Source: a virus
DNA: 64,000 nt
Direction: 5' to 3' (one strand)
Virus record (IMG/VR): IMGVR_UViG_3300028024_000006
Coordinates: 8,238-72,237 of that record
The position numbers were made by a program, and so were the translations under genes. The notes beneath the pieces were generated by a model, which had not been told where the DNA came from, made no database searches, and was given only the letters and a program-made list of their open reading frames with translations. Of this stretch, positions 20,101 to 29,384 are shown in pieces. Position 1 is the first letter of the stretch; every line of letters begins with the position of its first letter.

Positions 20101-21432
20101 TTACTTCGTGAGAGTGCCGATAGCCATGAAGGGCATGATGCCCGTAGCCGCGTTCGCGAGTGCCAGCCCGCCGTCGTTTCCCGTATTTTCGAAGACCGTC
20201 GAGAGTTGCAGTTCGAGCATCAGGCGTGCCGCGAGCGTCGGGCGAAACGCCTTGGCGATTTCCACCAGCCCAAGGCCGTTGTCAATCGAGGCGGGTAGTG
20301 TCACGCGCACGCGACCGGTACGGAAATAGGTCAGCGGCGTAGGTGCAGGAGCCCCGCCGCTGAAAGTCGCGAGGCCATTCGCATCGACGGTGTAGTCAGC
20401 CAGCGCAGATTCCGGCGTGTCAAGCGTTTCAATTTCGTAAGTTGCGAGCGGCCCCGGTTCCTCCTGCGCGATACAGGCGTAGAAGACGAATTGCTTGCGC
20501 GGCGTCTGACCGTTCGGATAGATGCGCAATTCGACCGAATCGCGATCTGCTGCGAGCGTGGCCGTGCTCGACACCCGCGTCCATTGATCGAGCGTGCTGT
20601 ACAGCAGGCCGTTGCCCGCCTCAACGTTGCCCCACGCGGCGGCAAAGCCATATTTCCAGACGTCCTGACCGGATGGCACATACACCCATAGCGAGGCAGT
20701 CCGCTTCCCGGCAGGGGCGCTGATGCCATCCTGCCGGGAAAACACATAGTGCGGTTTGTCGGTTGCCACGAACCGCGTGACGCCATCGATTCTCCCCTCT
20801 GATGCGTCAGGGGGCGAGACGTTGGTCGTTGTCCCGCTGGTCCAGAAGCCACCGATGTTTTGCGCCCAAGGGGCAATCGACAGGTTACGGCTTTGCCGCA
20901 GCGAATTGCTGCGTGGATCGGTCGTGAGTAACTGCTGGCCATGCCATGTAGTGCGGTAAAGGGTCGGCAGCTCGTCGCCGTTATCCGTGTCATAGACCGC
21001 CGTGACGTCATTGCCAAGGTCGAGCCGAATGAGGGGCGTGACGTGTGCTGGATACGCGTCGGCAGTCGCCACCGGATGCCAGAGTTGCTCGACCTTCCAC
21101 ATGCCGGGCCATACTGATTGCAGATACTGCCGCAGGAAAATCATTCCCCTGCGCGGGTTGCGCGCGCGCGCGGCCTTCAGCAGAAAGGCCGTGCGGGTCG
21201 CATCGCGCCGCACGATGGCGAGGCCGTAATCCTTCAGCGTGCGCTCAATGAGTTCCGTGTCGCCCAGGTGCGGCATACCGTGTAGGTTGACCTGCCGCTC
21301 TGCCGGGCGGATATACGCGTTGAACACGGCCATGAAAGCGTCCTTCAGGTCCGCTTCGAGTTGGTCATATTCGAACGAGTTGCGCAGCGGTTGCAAGTCC
21401 GGTGCGTCGATAGGTCGAAGGCTCGTCGTCAT
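20101..21432 (-). CDS. Baseplate wedge protein with inserted beta-sandwich/CBM-like domain
   Basis: Follows baseplate J-like gene; RNPRRGMIFLRQYLQSVWP; central Trp/Thr-rich insert. Confidence 0.6.
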   Translation of the reverse strand: MTTSLRPIDAPDLQPLRNSFEYDQLEADLKDAFMAVFNAYIRPAERQVNLHGMPHLGDTELIERTLKDYGLAIVRRDATRTAFLLKAARARNPRRGMIFLRQYLQSVWPGMWKVEQLWHPVATADAYPAHVTPLIRLDLGNDVTAVYDTDNGDELPTLYRTTWHGQQLLTTDPRSNSLRQSRNLSIAPWAQNIGGFWTSGTTTNVSPPDASEGRIDGVTRFVATDKPHYVFSRQDGISAPAGKRTASLWVYVPSGQDVWKYGFAAAWGNVEAGNGLLYSTLDQWTRVSSTATLAADRDSVELRIYPNGQTPRKQFVFYACIAQEEPGPLATYEIETLDTPESALADYTVDANGLATFSGGAPAPTPLTYFRTGRVRVTLPASIDNGLGLVEIAKAFRPTLAARLMLELQLSTVFENTGNDGGLALANAATGIMPFMAIGTLTK

Positions 21433-21435
21433 CGC

Positions 21436-22866
21436 TCAATGGCTCCACTGGCCATCGTTGTAGGTCGCCTGCGTCACATTCACAGTGAGCGAGTCCGCCG
21501 ACACGTAGCGGAACTGTTCAGGCTTGGGCGTCGATTGGTCGCCAATCGTGACCGTGTAGTCGCTCCCGTCGTCCTGAAGCGCGGGGATATTCGCTTTCAG
21601 GGCTTCGGAAATACGCTTGCTGTTCAGACGCAGCATGCCCTGCCGCACGGCGATGGCATCGCGCCCATATAGCTTCATGACCTGATCCTGAATCTGCGCC
21701 TTGACGTCACCCGGATCATGGACGACGGATACTTCGGCATTGATCGTGAGGCCGAGCGGTGTCTCCACTACCGGAACGAATTTGACCCCGTATGAATCAT
21801 CCGCAGCCGCAACAATGCGCCTGATTTCGTTCTGCATCCACGTCGTATCCACGCCATCTATGAGCGCCGCGATGAACTGCTTGTTGATGTTCGAGACGCT
21901 GGGGCCGCGCACCGCCTCTTCGAGTTGTTCGTTCCAGACCGACAGGAAACGGAAGGGAAAGAGGTTGCGGCGAATCAGGAAGTCGAAGTTGCCGAGATAC
22001 ACCGCCGATGAGTCATAACCGGACGGGTAGCGCGCCCACTCGCGCAGCGTCTCAATGTCAACCGGGTCCGCGCCAGGGTAAATCATCGAGGCGAGCTTCA
22101 TTGTCAGAAGCCGGTCGTTTTGCGAGGTCGTCGTCTCAAACGTGAAAGCAGCGTTGACAGTGAGGTCCGACGCGCCGAACGTCTCTTCAATAGTGAAGTC
22201 GATCTGCGTGCCATTGTCCGGCTGCGCGCCGAAGGTGGAGGCCCAGCCAAATTTCACTAGCAGTTGGCGAAGCTCGTTTGTCTCAATGGTGAAACCCGGT
22301 TGGTCGGCGGCGAGGTTCGCGAATTCGGTCGTGAAGGGATATTGCACCCCCGCGATGGAGACGTAAATTCCGCTGATGTTCTGTTCCGCGTCATCGTTCG
22401 GCGGAATCGGCACAGCATAGAACGGTTGCGAACCCGAGACCGTATGCGAGAACGTGCGCGCGGTCATCTGCTTGACCGTGATCGATCCGGTAGCGCCTGC
22501 GGCAATGGTCGTTCCCACTTCGGCGGTATAGACCCGTCCGAAGGCGTCGAGCACCCGCCGCCCGCTCTCGACCGGCACCGCCACACCTGACGCGTTCGCG
22601 ACGGCGAGCGTCATGCGCGGCGGGCGTGCAAACGGCAGGATGCCTTTCATGGTCGCGTCCGCCAGCACCGTCGTATCGCGCGTCTTCTGGAACGACTCGA
22701 CCCCCGCGACGTCCACCTGTGAGGAAATCATCGAGAGCATGGTCGCCTGCGCGGCGATCTGCGCGAGCAGGCGCGGGTCGCCCGCCTGATAGTAGAGCGC
22801 GGCAGTCGGGCGGCTCTGTACTTCAGCCTGAAGCGCGGCTAACAGGTCGTCGCGGGTATATGCCAT
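21436..22866 (-). CDS. bplA: Baseplate J-like protein (P1 BplA-like)
   Basis: YYQAGDPRLLA..RDTTVLADA..GADPVDIETLR..VYLGNFDFLIRR. Confidence 0.75.
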   Translation of the reverse strand: MAYTRDDLLAALQAEVQSRPTAALYYQAGDPRLLAQIAAQATMLSMISSQVDVAGVESFQKTRDTTVLADATMKGILPFARPPRMTLAVANASGVAVPVESGRRVLDAFGRVYTAEVGTTIAAGATGSITVKQMTARTFSHTVSGSQPFYAVPIPPNDDAEQNISGIYVSIAGVQYPFTTEFANLAADQPGFTIETNELRQLLVKFGWASTFGAQPDNGTQIDFTIEETFGASDLTVNAAFTFETTTSQNDRLLTMKLASMIYPGADPVDIETLREWARYPSGYDSSAVYLGNFDFLIRRNLFPFRFLSVWNEQLEEAVRGPSVSNINKQFIAALIDGVDTTWMQNEIRRIVAAADDSYGVKFVPVVETPLGLTINAEVSVVHDPGDVKAQIQDQVMKLYGRDAIAVRQGMLRLNSKRISEALKANIPALQDDGSDYTVTIGDQSTPKPEQFRYVSADSLTVNVTQATYNDGQWSH

Positions 22867-23159
22867 TACGAAGTCGTTCCTACGTCGATTTTCGAGCCGT
22901 TCACGTCGATATAAATACGCAGCTTGTCCACGCCGTCCGGTTCCGAGTACAGATTGATCGCACCGCGCGGAAGCGCGCCAAGGATCGGCACGTCGGCGCG
23001 CAACTTGGCAATGACAGCATCGGCCAGCCCCGCGCGCAGCGGCGTTTGCAGCAGGTCCGTCACGGTCTGCCCGTAGCCACTGCCGAGATAGCCATTCAGC
23101 GGCGTCGCAAGCCAGTGCGAAACCATGCTTTGAATGTCGGTGGACGAGATTTTTCCCAT
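22866..23159 (-). CDS. P1 gp26-like baseplate protein (gp25/W-like wedge initiator)
   Basis: MVSHWLATPLNGYLGSGYG..KLRADVP; ATG 23159 lies 6 nt after the -10. Confidence 0.7.
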   Translation of the reverse strand: MGKISSTDIQSMVSHWLATPLNGYLGSGYGQTVTDLLQTPLRAGLADAVIAKLRADVPILGALPRGAINLYSEPDGVDKLRIYIDVNGSKIDVGTTS

Positions 23160-23165
23160 GGCCTG

Positions 23166-23207
23166 ATGGTAAATGCGGATCAACGCCTATCAGCGCCGCG
23201 TTTTCCT
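23166..23207 (-). promoter_or_regulatory. Putative late promoter (AGGAAAA-N29-TACCAT) heading the baseplate operon
   Basis: Shared motif and spacing. Confidence 0.7.
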
Positions 23208-23231
23208 GATGCATATTTATTGCCCTGCCTA

Positions 23232-23260
23232 TTGTTTTTGTCGCATTATGCTATTACTAT
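23232..23260 (+). promoter_or_regulatory. Putative sigma70 promoter (TTGTTT-17-TACTAT) without the 16-mer
   Basis: AT-rich divergent intergenic region at the head of island 2. Confidence 0.45.
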
Positions 23261-23291
23261 CCCTATATTCCTTACGGATGGACGCCGGGCG

Positions 23292-23501
23292 ATGAAGAAA
23301 AAACGACCGCTCTTTTTGTGCTCGAAGTGCTCGACGCCGCACCCGCGCCGCAATCTCGCGGTCGAGTGCTGTTCGCAGGGCGAGACATTGACGCCCGCAG
23401 AACTGGAAGCCATCGGGCAGGCCCGGCTGTTTGACGAAGACGCGGCGGGGCAGCTTGTGCCGGAGGTCGATCCACTCACCAGGCAGTTGCGCATTTTCTG
23501 A
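23292..23501 (+). CDS. Small Zn-finger protein with QxxLF motif
   Basis: CSKC..CC..AELEAIGQARLF. Confidence 0.65.
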   Translation: MKKKRPLFLCSKCSTPHPRRNLAVECCSQGETLTPAELEAIGQARLFDEDAAGQLVPEVDPLTRQLRIF

Positions 23502-23508
23502 GGCCAGC

Positions 23509-23751
23509 ATGGCATTACCGGATAGTTGCTACAAGTGGCGTTGTGAGGAGTGCAAAGAGCTTCACGACGACGAAGACGACGCGCGCGATTGTTGTCGTCC
23601 GAGCATCAGGGAGGTCTTTGTGTGCCCGGTCTGCGCCAGCGTGTGCGATGACGAAGACGATGCGCTTGACTGTTGCCAGTTTGACGACAGCGAACCGCCG
23701 CGCGTCAGTGCAGCAGAGCTAGAGCGGCAAGGCCAGACACGTTTGTTTTGA
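23509..23751 (+). CDS. Tandem Zn-finger acidic protein ending QTRLF; paralogue of the previous ORF
   Basis: Two CxxC-x(3)-DDEDDA-x-DCC units; AAELERQGQTRLF. Confidence 0.7.
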   Translation: MALPDSCYKWRCEECKELHDDEDDARDCCRPSIREVFVCPVCASVCDDEDDALDCCQFDDSEPPRVSAAELERQGQTRLF

Positions 23752-23763
23752 AGGGAGAAGGGT

Positions 23764-23934
23764 ATGGGAGCACGTAAATCGTCGGAGGTCGCACGCGCCG
23801 TTGCGCTCGTCACGTCCGGCAGGTGCGGCGTCCACAAGGCAGCGCAGCAAGTGGGCGTGTCGCCGTCATCAATTTACCGCGATGCCGGATACAAGGCATG
23901 GATCGCAGCAAAGAGCGAGGAAAACAAGGCATGA
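23764..23934 (+). CDS. Small HTH DNA-binding protein (56 aa, not in track)
   Basis: GGAG RBS; VHKAAQQVGVSPSSIYR; ATGA overlap with next gene. Confidence 0.7.
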   Translation: MGARKSSEVARAVALVTSGRCGVHKAAQQVGVSPSSIYRDAGYKAWIAAKSEENKA

Positions 23935-24755
23935 CCATCAAGCAATCGACCGAACTGATTACGCCGCAGATGGCGGCGAAATACCTTGGCTTCAATATCC
24001 AGAACCGCAAGGCGAGCAACGGCACAATCAGCAAGTACGCGTCCGACATGATCGCGGGGCGCTGGACGGTCTGCCCGATGCCGATCTGCTTCTACGAAGA
24101 CGGCACGGTCGCCGACGGACAGCACCGCCTGATGGCGATTGTCGAGTCCGGCAAGCCGCAGACCTTCTTTGTGCTGCGCGGCCTGCCGAAAAGCGCGGGC
24201 CTGAATATCGACACGGGCAAGGGCCGTACGCTTGTCGATAACGCGACCCTGAGCGGGTCGGACCCGGAACTGAGCAACACGCTCATTAGCACCGCACGCG
24301 CCTATGAATACGGCGCGCGGGGTGACGGCAATATCTCGAACGCGCTGCGGCTCGCCATCATTGCGCAACACCGCATCGCCTGCGAATGGGCGGTCAAGCA
24401 CGGGCCGCACGGTCGCAGCATCCGCAATGCAATGGTGTTGGGGGCAATCGCACGGGCTTATAGCCACGAGAACGACGAAGAGCGGCTGAAGCGTTACTGC
24501 GAGGTCATCGGCACCGGGTTCGGTGAGGGCGCGGCGGATTCGGCGGCAATCGCGATGCGCAATTACCTTCTCGAAAAGGGCAGCGTTCTCGCAAGTAGCG
24601 GCCTGTGGCGCGATACGTTCCTGCGCGTGCAGCACTCGATTTCGATGTTCATGCGCTCGAAGCCCCTGAAGCTCGTGCGCGCGGTACAGGAAGAGGTCTA
24701 TCCGAACCCGTATGAACCGGTTGCCAAGCAATTGCTGGCGACTGCGGACGAGTAA
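23931..24755 (+). CDS. ParB/Srx-like (DGQHR motif) protein
   Basis: ITPQMAAKYL..NR..YASDM..W..DGQHRLMAIV. Confidence 0.7.
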   Translation: MTIKQSTELITPQMAAKYLGFNIQNRKASNGTISKYASDMIAGRWTVCPMPICFYEDGTVADGQHRLMAIVESGKPQTFFVLRGLPKSAGLNIDTGKGRTLVDNATLSGSDPELSNTLISTARAYEYGARGDGNISNALRLAIIAQHRIACEWAVKHGPHGRSIRNAMVLGAIARAYSHENDEERLKRYCEVIGTGFGEGAADSAAIAMRNYLLEKGSVLASSGLWRDTFLRVQHSISMFMRSKPLKLVRAVQEEVYPNPYEPVAKQLLATADE

Positions 24756-24758
24756 GCC

Positions 24759-25127
24759 ATGAATTTCGACCTGTGCGCGCCGTGCGCGAACTGTCCCTTT
24801 CGGACTGATATCACGTTCTATCTCGACACGTCGCGCGTGGTCGAAATCTGCGACGCAATCACGCGCAAGCAGCAGACCTTCGCCTGCCACAAGACGACGC
24901 ACCACGACGACGACACCAGCCAGTATGTGCCGAGTCGCAAAGAGCAGCACTGCGCGGGCGCGATGATCCTGCTTGAGAAGCAGGGCGAGGGCGGCAGTCC
25001 GAACCAGATGATGCGCATAGCTGAACGCCTGCGCTATTACGACCGGACCAAGCTGCGCATGGATTCACCGGTCTTCGAAACCCCCGCCGCGATGATCGCG
25101 CACTACCGGAAACTGAACCATGACTAA
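24759..25127 (+). CDS. Cys-rich Zn-binding phage protein (DUF6283-like)
   Basis: PCANCPFR..FACHKT..HCAGA. Confidence 0.55.
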   Translation: MNFDLCAPCANCPFRTDITFYLDTSRVVEICDAITRKQQTFACHKTTHHDDDTSQYVPSRKEQHCAGAMILLEKQGEGGSPNQMMRIAERLRYYDRTKLRMDSPVFETPAAMIAHYRKLNHD

Positions 25128-25752
25128 GCCCCTGAAGGCGTATCAGGTTGACCATTGGGAAGGCCCCTGCGAGGGCTCTGTGATCGTGTTTGCCGTGTCG
25201 AACGCGCCCGCTCGTCGGGAGGGGGCGTCAGAGCTTGGCCTTGACTGGGATAGCGTTGAAGGTTGCCGCCGTGCGCCCCAGTTCGACGCCTACGCGCCCG
25301 GCCCGGTCCCGGTCGATGTGCTGATCGAGAGCGGCTGGCACTTCACCTGCGACCGCTGGGAGTGTCAGCAGGTGATCGACCGCGCCCACATTGACGACGA
25401 CGGGGAGGAAGTCGACACGGCAGGCACCTATGTCGTGCGCGCCAGGAAGGTGTTCTGTTCGCCGGAATGCATTGCGCGCCACGACGCATCAAAGCGCGCT
25501 AAGGTCGCCGCCGAGGCCGCGCTGATGGAACTGATGGATACGCGCTTTCCGGGTTGCACAGTCACGCGCATCCACATTTACCACGACCGACTCGAACGCA
25601 GCGAACCGGGCGAAGGCATCAAGACGTCGGCATGCTTCACGTTCCCCGGTGCGAAGTACGGCGGAACCTATCACTTCGGCGACGAGGGGCACGCCTACGT
25701 GTCCGCTATCGATGTGCCCGCGTTCGAATCCCTGTATCGCTGCAAGATCTGA
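25120..25752 (+). CDS. Hypothetical protein
   Basis: Coupled ORF with Cys pairs. Confidence 0.65.
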   Translation: MTKPLKAYQVDHWEGPCEGSVIVFAVSNAPARREGASELGLDWDSVEGCRRAPQFDAYAPGPVPVDVLIESGWHFTCDRWECQQVIDRAHIDDDGEEVDTAGTYVVRARKVFCSPECIARHDASKRAKVAAEAALMELMDTRFPGCTVTRIHIYHDRLERSEPGEGIKTSACFTFPGAKYGGTYHFGDEGHAYVSAIDVPAFESLYRCKI

Positions 25753-25763
25753 AGTTTTCCTCA

Positions 25764-25793
25764 TTTACTTTTCAATTGTGAGCGCATACTATT
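25764..25793 (+). promoter_or_regulatory. Early promoter/operator copy 3 (TTTACT-17-TACTAT)
   Basis: Exact 16-mer at 25778-25793. Confidence 0.78.
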
Positions 25794-25826
25794 GATGCTC
25801 ACCGACGAACCACGCCCGGAGCCCGC

Positions 25827-26912
25827 ATGCACCCGACCAAAGTAGAGCCGCCCATCGCCGTCGCCACCATCATTTGCCATAACAGCAGGACAAGCCGCCC
25901 CGTGACGTGGTTGATCCCATCGTTTCAGGAACGCGTCACACCGTGGATGGACGAGTGTTTTGGCCCGCGCATTTCCGCTGACACGAGCGAGCGCAATCAC
26001 CGTTTCATTGAAGAGGCGCTGGAGCTTGTGCAGGCGGGCGGAATGGATCGCAGCGAAGCACACCAGCTTGTCGATTACGTCTATGACCGCCCGAAAGGTG
26101 AGCTTAAACAGGAGGTCGGCGGTGTAATGGTGACGCTTGCCGCCTTGTGTCTGGCGCAAGGCGTGGACATGCACGACTGCGGCGAAACCGAACTGGCGCG
26201 CGTGTGGACGAAGGTCGAAGCCATCCGCGCCAAGCAGGCTGCAAAGCCGAAGCATTCTCCGTTGCCCGCGCGCATCCCGTTCCGCGAGGCCGTAGAGAAC
26301 ATGGTCATCATGCTCGAAGAGCGCGAGTGGGCCGAGCACGTCTCGACGTTCAAAGCGCCCGGCGACCCGCTCGCGGCACGGCTCGAATCGGCTATCACCG
26401 ACCTGCATAACGAAGCACGCCGCGAAGGATCGCGCGCCGCCGACTACCTGCGCCGTGCGCTCGACTGGATTGACGCCATCCCGTCAGACGTCGTAAGCAC
26501 ACTCCCCGCGATGCCAGGATTTAACCGGGATGAAGCCGAGCAGGCTATCGAGGCTGAATCGGATAGTGGCTCGAAGTTCCGCCATAACCTTGAAGGGGTT
26601 GCCGATGCGTTGCTCGCGCCGCGCGTGATGAAGCGCAACGAAGATGGCGCGCTCTACCACCCGGATTTCCCGATTTTTGACGAGGGTGTGCGAGCCGATC
26701 TATTCCTCACCGCACTTGGACTCGAATCGGCGTTCGTCAGCATGGAACAGGATGCGCCGCACCTTTGGAACGACGAAAACGAATACGACCTGAATGCCTG
26801 GACGCCGACGCCCCCGGCCAGTGACTGGGTTTTGCTCGAAGTCTACGACACAGAGAACGGGCCTTATGCCATGTTTGCGCGCCAGGCCAAGCCAGAAAAG
26901 GCGAGCGCGTGA
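25827..26912 (+). CDS. Multidomain protein with MazG-like (all-alpha NTP pyrophosphatase) domain
   Basis: RFIEEALELVQA..KQEVGGVMVTLAALC. Confidence 0.7.
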   Translation: MHPTKVEPPIAVATIICHNSRTSRPVTWLIPSFQERVTPWMDECFGPRISADTSERNHRFIEEALELVQAGGMDRSEAHQLVDYVYDRPKGELKQEVGGVMVTLAALCLAQGVDMHDCGETELARVWTKVEAIRAKQAAKPKHSPLPARIPFREAVENMVIMLEEREWAEHVSTFKAPGDPLAARLESAITDLHNEARREGSRAADYLRRALDWIDAIPSDVVSTLPAMPGFNRDEAEQAIEAESDSGSKFRHNLEGVADALLAPRVMKRNEDGALYHPDFPIFDEGVRADLFLTALGLESAFVSMEQDAPHLWNDENEYDLNAWTPTPPASDWVLLEVYDTENGPYAMFARQAKPEKASA

Positions 26913-27205
26913 TGCGATCGACGCATCCCGACTACGCCCGCTATAACGCGACGCATGACTACCGCTGGATGCGGCGTGGCGCGGACGGGAATCTGAATTA
27001 CGACGACCGTCTGACGTGGAAAGAAACGCTCGCGGCTATGTGTGCGTCCTACGGCAAACATGCAGGCCGATGGCACGAAAACGACTTCTGGAAGGCGACC
27101 GCAGCCGAGGTTGATGGCATGACGGAAACCGAGTGCGAAACCAAGGTCCGCAAGATCGAGCGCGATGCAGACGCCGCGCTCGCCTTGTGGGACAGCTACC
27201 AGTAA
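26909..27205 (+). CDS. Hypothetical protein
   Basis: GTGA overlap. Confidence 0.6.
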   Translation: MMRSTHPDYARYNATHDYRWMRRGADGNLNYDDRLTWKETLAAMCASYGKHAGRWHENDFWKATAAEVDGMTETECETKVRKIERDADAALALWDSYQ

Positions 27206-27227
27206 CCATTAACCCAAGGGGAACGAA

Positions 27228-27761
27228 ATGGGATGGAAAGCGGTGAAAGAGAAGTTCTGTATCAAACACAATGTTCAGGTGACGGACGGACTGGTGTGCA
27301 TCGGCTCAGGGTATGTCCACAACCTGTTGACCATCAACGCACAGACGGGCGTCGTTCACGAGAACCCAACGTTCCGCAATTTCGGTCGCGAAAAGTATCC
27401 CGAACTGATGGACGCCAAGCCGGATGACATAGCCGCGCTTATCGCCGCACCGGACACCTTCGAACGCTCGATTACGGTCTATACCTACGAAGGCAGCGAA
27501 ATCATCGAGAAGCTGTGCGAAGAACCGGGTTGGCCGAATGCCACCCATGACGGCCTGATGATGTTCGAGAACACGTTTTCCACTGATCTGGCTACAACCG
27601 TCCGACGGGCCAAGCGCAATGCTGCATGCGCCATCGAAATCACGCGTGAAAGCATCGAGAGAACCGAGAAAGGATTAGCGCAGGAGCGCGTGCGGCTTGC
27701 TACCTTCGAGGCGGAACAAGCCAAGCTTGACGCGGCCTATCCGGCCATTGTTGCGGAATAG
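27228..27761 (+). CDS. Hypothetical protein with C-terminal coiled coil
   Basis: GGGG RBS; operon position. Confidence 0.65.
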   Translation: MGWKAVKEKFCIKHNVQVTDGLVCIGSGYVHNLLTINAQTGVVHENPTFRNFGREKYPELMDAKPDDIAALIAAPDTFERSITVYTYEGSEIIEKLCEEPGWPNATHDGLMMFENTFSTDLATTVRRAKRNAACAIEITRESIERTEKGLAQERVRLATFEAEQAKLDAAYPAIVAE

Positions 27762-27763
27762 TC

Positions 27764-28051
27764 ATGGCAATCATCCACGAACACGACACCGGTAAGGGCT
27801 TCAAAATCCGGCGCGGCGGCGCGTATCGCGGCAGCACGGGCGAGGTCAGGTACGTCCACATGATCCACAAGCCCGGCAGCGGCTACGGCGTGACGTGGGA
27901 TAGCGTGAGCTATGAAGCCTACTACGCGCAAGGCAATGGGGCCGCATTCTACAGCGAGCGCGACAAGCGCCGACACGGTTACATGACGATGAAGGATTTC
28001 AAGGATTGGGCCGTACGCGACGTGACACAACGGGTAGCAGTCGACAAATGA
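27764..28051 (+). CDS. Hypothetical protein
   Basis: Operon position. Confidence 0.6.
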   Translation: MAIIHEHDTGKGFKIRRGGAYRGSTGEVRYVHMIHKPGSGYGVTWDSVSYEAYYAQGNGAAFYSERDKRRHGYMTMKDFKDWAVRDVTQRVAVDK

Positions 28052-28458
28052 GTGAGGACACCATGACCAATAATGTAGACGCAGTGCCAAGCGACGAACG
28101 CAAACTTGAGGTCCAACGTCTGATGAACCGCTTCGGCAAGCGCCGCGTATGGGGTTGGGAAGTTGCCAACACCGAAGCCGCGCAACTCGCCGATGTGATC
28201 GCGAATTCAAGCGTATTCGACGCGAAGACGCTTTGCGTCCGCGCGCCGGACGCGGCGCAAGACTTCAAGTCAAACGAACGCGAGTTTGCATCGATATTGA
28301 TCGAGCAACTTTGCGAACTGACCGACCGTAACAATCCTGCATGCAAGCCTGACGAGATGGTCGCGACCCCGGCAGAATTGCGCTGTTGCGTCGAGAGAGC
28401 GCTCGACAAATACTGCTTTGTCATTGCAGGCGCGGGCGATTGCGAGGTGCAATCGTGA
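28048..28458 (+). CDS. Hypothetical protein
   Basis: ATGA overlap. Confidence 0.6.
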   Translation: MSEDTMTNNVDAVPSDERKLEVQRLMNRFGKRRVWGWEVANTEAAQLADVIANSSVFDAKTLCVRAPDAAQDFKSNEREFASILIEQLCELTDRNNPACKPDEMVATPAELRCCVERALDKYCFVIAGAGDCEVQS

Positions 28459-29384
28459 GCGCGAAACTGCAACTGACCGCACAAGACATTATCGAATCCT
28501 GCGAGGTTCACGGCTTTCCCTTGGATCCAGACCAACTGGACGTAGTGGCCGCTGTTGTCAACCAGGTGCTGCTATCTGCAAGCAAGCCTGCCGCGCCCGA
28601 TGGGTGGAAGCTGGTGCCGGTTGAGCCGGTCAGCGGCATGGCGGGGGCTGGTGGGCTTCTGCCGCGTGGCGAGCGGCTCTTTTCATCGCCATCCAACGAT
28701 GCAGATCGAGTCGAGGTGATCGGCTTCGCCAAAGCGTGCGAAGTGTGGAGAGCCATGCTCGCCGCATCCCCTGCCGCGCCAGCGCAATCGGTGGAACTGG
28801 TTGGCATCGCTATGACGGATGAAGACGTATTCGCGCTGCAAGACACCCTGAAGACTCTTGAGCTAATTGCCAAGGGCGAAACATACAGCAAGGATCACGA
28901 CTTGGACGGGGCGATGCAGAAAGCCACGATCAGGCATGCGATGCAGCATGCCAGCTACGTTCTCAAGCGGTTCAAGCCCGCGTATTTCCGCCTAACCGAC
29001 GCCTTTCACGGACGGTCGCGCGCACCGCAGCCCTCTCCGACTGCCGTGGTGCAGGACGATGAGCGGGCGGCGTTTGATGAATGGTGCAATAGCATCCCGG
29101 CCAATCGATCAATGGGGCCGTGGGAGATTTGGCAAGCCGCCCGCGCCGCATCCCCACAACCAGTCGCGCAACCAGTGGAGCAGACTGCGCGCACGTACAC
29201 CACGAAAGCGGGGGAGGCCGTCGCGGGTATCGCGCTGCGTCAGTGCGGCAACGAAAAGGAATGGCGGCACATCCTCGCGTGCAATCCGCAATTCGCAGAC
29301 CTGTTGCCGAGCGACTATTTTCCAGTCGGCACGGTATTGACATTGCCACCCGTTGCTGCGGTTGAGCGCTTGCTGAAGAATTGA
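28455..29384 (+). CDS. Mosaic early protein (Ead/Ea22-type segments) with C-terminal LysM domain
   Basis: PDGWKLVPVEP; TYTTKAGEAVAGIALRQCG..WRHILACNP..PVGTVLTLP. Confidence 0.7.
   Translation: MSAKLQLTAQDIIESCEVHGFPLDPDQLDVVAAVVNQVLLSASKPAAPDGWKLVPVEPVSGMAGAGGLLPRGERLFSSPSNDADRVEVIGFAKACEVWRAMLAASPAAPAQSVELVGIAMTDEDVFALQDTLKTLELIAKGETYSKDHDLDGAMQKATIRHAMQHASYVLKRFKPAYFRLTDAFHGRSRAPQPSPTAVVQDDERAAFDEWCNSIPANRSMGPWEIWQAARAASPQPVAQPVEQTARTYTTKAGEAVAGIALRQCGNEKEWRHILACNPQFADLLPSDYFPVGTVLTLPPVAAVERLLKN

Noticed and set aside
21436-23214. 592-aa version of the baseplate ORF
   Set aside because: The extension overlaps the gp26-like gene and the late promoter; the real start is ATG 22866
25755-25761. 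AGGAAAA box on - strand as a ninth late promoter
   Set aside because: Hexamer at 29 nt is GAACGC, not a -10; kept only as a note
28451-28463. AATCGTGAGCGCG, partial match to the early 16-mer
   Set aside because: Lacks the TACTAT half, has no -35 and coincides with a GTG start codon; likely chance
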